Shown piece after piece: positions 60,611-64,000 of a DNA stretch of 64,000 nucleotides. Numbering within the stretch: position 1 is the first letter of the stretch; each line of letters opens with the position of its first letter. The stretch lies in the NCBI RefSeq assembly GCF_000181795.1, contig NW_003526943.1, forward strand, positions 9,904,849 through 9,968,848, given 5' to 3'. The notes under the pieces are model-generated. The model did no database searches, was not told the DNA's origin, and saw nothing but the letters and a program-made list of their open reading frames with translations. Both the position numbers and the translations under genes were made by a program. Source of the DNA: Trichinella spiralis (taxonomy: Eukaryota).

Positions 60611-63600
60611 AATGGGAATGTAGGATACTGTAATACTTTAAAATTCCTTTCGAACTAAATTGTCCATGATTATAACTAAACATTTAAAATAATTTCGAAA
60701 CTTTAATAATCTAATAATGATTTTCTTAAATTGATTTTTGATAATTTTAAGATTAATTTTTTATTGTTGTGAAAAGATATATGATTTTGCTTTACATTTT
60801 AAGACATTTTCAACACGTTTTCTGAAATTATTATAAAATTTTAATTTGAAGAGAATTTGCAAAATTAGCAAATTAGCAAAAATACTAATATTAAATTTGT
60901 TTTTTACCTCATTTTATGTGTTAATTGGAATAATATTGTAAAAAATAGAATTAAGTTGACATTTTTAATTTGCAAAAATTAATATACACTGATATCCATT
61001 TTTGATGAAAATAAATAATTGTTGACGCTGTCAAATGTTGTTTTCATTATCATTTGAAAAATTGTATTTATTGGAAGAAAACAGCATGGCTTGATTGTGA
61101 TAAATTTATTAATATTGGTAAAATGACTGATAAAATCTCCCTCCCACTACCAAAGATTGCTTTCCCAAGAGCTGTTTATTCGTCATGCATGTCCAGCATA
61201 AGGTCATCGATAAAGCGATATAGCTTCCATTCGATTTGATTTCATCCTTCTTGATCAATTTCTTTTGAATTGTTCTGAATCAAAGAAATTGGATTACACG
61301 CAGCGGTTAATATTTTCAAACACCTCCATAGTCAGCTTAGTCACAGCTTGTGAATAGGAATATTATATCAAATTTTCCGTTTTCTTTTCCAAGGAAAATA
61401 GTGCTAAACGTTTGTTTTAAAAACTTATTAAATAAGTCACGCATAACCAACTGAATTGAATAAATATTTATCATTGATAAAAGATATTCGATAATAATTT
61501 TTCAAATTTCTTTTGCAAAATTATCTTTTCTAACATCTCCCCCTTTTTAACCATGGAAGAAGTATATAAAAATTGCATCATTTGCAAATGTAGCAATTTA
61601 AACATTTGCCGTAATAATAAAATACAGTTCTCATAAGTCTTGCATGAAAGCCTACAGTTTAGCAAATTTAATTTTGTATGAGAATTAAAAAATGGTTTTC
61701 AAATAAAATGATAAAACTATATTATTTTTGAAAGTAATTTGTACAAAAATGAAAAATTAGTTATTGTTTGAAGTGAAAGAAACGAACATTAGAAGCAGCT
61801 GATCTCTTCAGATAATTGGCCGTAAAATTCCATAACAAATGGCAGTACTTATTGCAAAGTTGACTTCGTTCAAAATAATTGTTTAGTGATTATTATTTTT
61901 GGTTATAGAAATCTAATTTCAGTTCCATTGATGACCAGTAATATAGGTGAAGGCTTTCTGAAAGAAATAATCAAACGCATGTTTGAAAGTTATTACTGAA
62001 AACTGATTATTAATTTTTGCATTTCAAAAATTATTCTCTATTACATTATTCAATACATTTAATTTATTGGTAATACTTTGTTGAAGAAATTAAATTTATA
62101 GAATTGAGCAGTTGAAATCATGCAAAGTCATTGAAAGCGACATTATTTTTAAAGTATTTAAATATAACAAATTTGTAACTTATATTTTACTCTGCGTTTT
62201 CTATGCCATGTCTGCTGTGATTTATCATAAGTAAAAATAGCTATTGCGTTTTTCATGAAATTATTAATTAAAGTATTATTACAAGTGCAATTTTTCACAG
62301 TTTATAGTTTATTATAATTTAAATGAAAGTTTATTTTTATCGTAATTTTTGCAGTTCACTGTCGAATTTTGCAGCCTTTTATTTTGCCTTTTATTGCAAA
62401 ATTTGCTTTCTGCAGCACGTAATAAGTAATAACAAAAGCGATTCAGCGAAAAAACGAGATTTTGAAGAATGCAATAGAAATAATATAAAACACGTTTGCT
62501 CATAATCTGCATTGCAGCAATTCATGTGAATTTGGGTAACTGCTGTAGAAGTAGACAGTTGAAAATATAGGGAGGACAAGGTTTGCTGACATTGTATACT
62601 GGCTCGTTCTTTCCCACTTTTCAACAACAGCTGACATTTACACTTTTGTTTTGTCTGGTACTTTCCACCGTTGGAACGGTCAAATTCTTCTGCACTATCG
62701 ACTGAGGCCAGTGTATACTTGTCCACGGAGATGCTAAATTGAGCAACATGTTCGACAAATCTCGTTTCAGCAACATCTGGGTGATGCTTGTTGTAAATGA
62801 ACTGTTTCTGTTACCGTTTTGCAGATGTGATGAATTTTATTTTAAAGAATGATTGGAAAAGCATCGATGATGAAGATGAATGAGCGTCAAATTACATGCG
62901 CAAATTTACTAGTAATACATGCAATTTAATAAGAAAATCTGATGAATAAATAACAGCATTTTACAATGCAAATATTTTGCAAAACAAAGAATATTTTGTT
63001 TGCTGCTTATTGTTATTAGATAGCATACTGAACAATGATTGCAAGCGAATTTTAAAAAGACAATGAAATATTCATATATGCCTTACGTTTTTTTATTTGA
63101 TGTTCATAAATATTTTATTAAAAAAGCATTTTTAACAGAATTGAGAACTTAAGTTATAAATATTTTGTTATGCAAGAAATTAAACAATAAAACTGAATTG
63201 GTAAAAATGTAATAAATTCAATTTTTCGTGAATATATTTTTACAATCATATCATTCTTGGAAAATATTTTGTGTAAAAATTCCATGTAATAAATTAATGC
63301 TTACAAAATTTGTACAAAAATGCGAAATGTACTTATATTTACATAAAATTAGCGAGTAATTTTTAATGCACATCTTACAAGCAAAAGTGAAAAGTTCGAA
63401 AAGAAATTTTAGTAAAAATTATACTTTGATAGTTTGAAAACTTATGAAGCTTTCAGTTATGCTTTCAAAGTGAACATGAGAATTTTCCATTTTCATTTCA
63501 AATCTATTTAATTATACTGCAAGCAATAAATTGTTCGCGTGCTAATCTGCCATTCCATTGCAGAAAGCATTCTTTCCAAAGCACGCCATTGTAGTATGTA

Positions 63601-63831
63601 ATATTTGCAATGTAAACAAACAAATTGATTTTCATTCAACTCGAAGCAGGTGATCAAATTGTGCAAATTGAAGAGCAAAACATTAATTGATAATTTAATC
63701 GTTGGATCATTGACAGCAATAGAATAAAATTTAAGCAGAATGTATGTTTTTTTTAATTCAAAAAACTTTTTTCAGGTTCCATATTGCCTGTTGCAGCCGA
63801 GCTAACTGATGTCGCTTGTTTGCAATTTTCG

Positions 63832-63900
63832 ATGGCAATGCACTGCAATTTGATTTCCTGCTTTATTCTTGCTACTTTGACGGTTCATGCCACACCCTTT
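63832..63900 (+). CDS. Probable first coding exon of a secreted-protein gene that runs off the window
   Basis: TTTTCAG acceptor at about 63770-63776, then MAMHCNLISCFILATLTVHATPF (signal-peptide-like), followed immediately by the donor GTTAGT at 63901. Confidence 0.45.
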
Positions 63901-64000
63901 GTTAGTTTGATTGTGATGTAATATGGAATAAATTTGTTAACTTTTTCTTTGGCAGTATTTTTTTTGTTGTTGTTGCAAATTGTAGTGCATGTAACTGACT

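Noticed and set aside
1..64000. CRISPR arrays, tRNA/rRNA genes, intact transposases or reverse transcriptases
   Set aside because: None seen; the repeats are simple microsatellites and the DNA is eukaryotic.

Overview
AT-rich eukaryotic DNA with many short GT-AG introns and TTT(T)CAG-type acceptors close to start codons. It is probably a nematode, and the composition suggests a clade I species such as Trichinella (inferred, not proven). Genes recognised, in order: ATF4/ATF5-like bZIP (-), SLC16 monocarboxylate transporter (+), MRPS23 (-), NELF-C/D (-), a candidate unannotated spliced gene (-), HEXIM (+), huntingtin with many introns (-), a TFIIS-like protein (-), intronless CTP synthase (+), egghead/bre-3 mannosyltransferase (-), two head-to-head DM13-domain secreted-protein genes, and the first exon of a signal-peptide gene at the right edge. 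The main signal is three RNA polymerase II pausing/elongation regulators (NELF-C/D, HEXIM, TFIIS-like) within about 25 kb. A hand-folded 55-nt GAUC hairpin reminiscent of 7SK/TAR lies just upstream of HEXIM, and the TFIIS-like protein has lost the RSADEP catalytic hairpin. The CTP synthase lacks the His/Trp filament-interface residues. All protein identifications come from motif recognition by eye; no searches were run.
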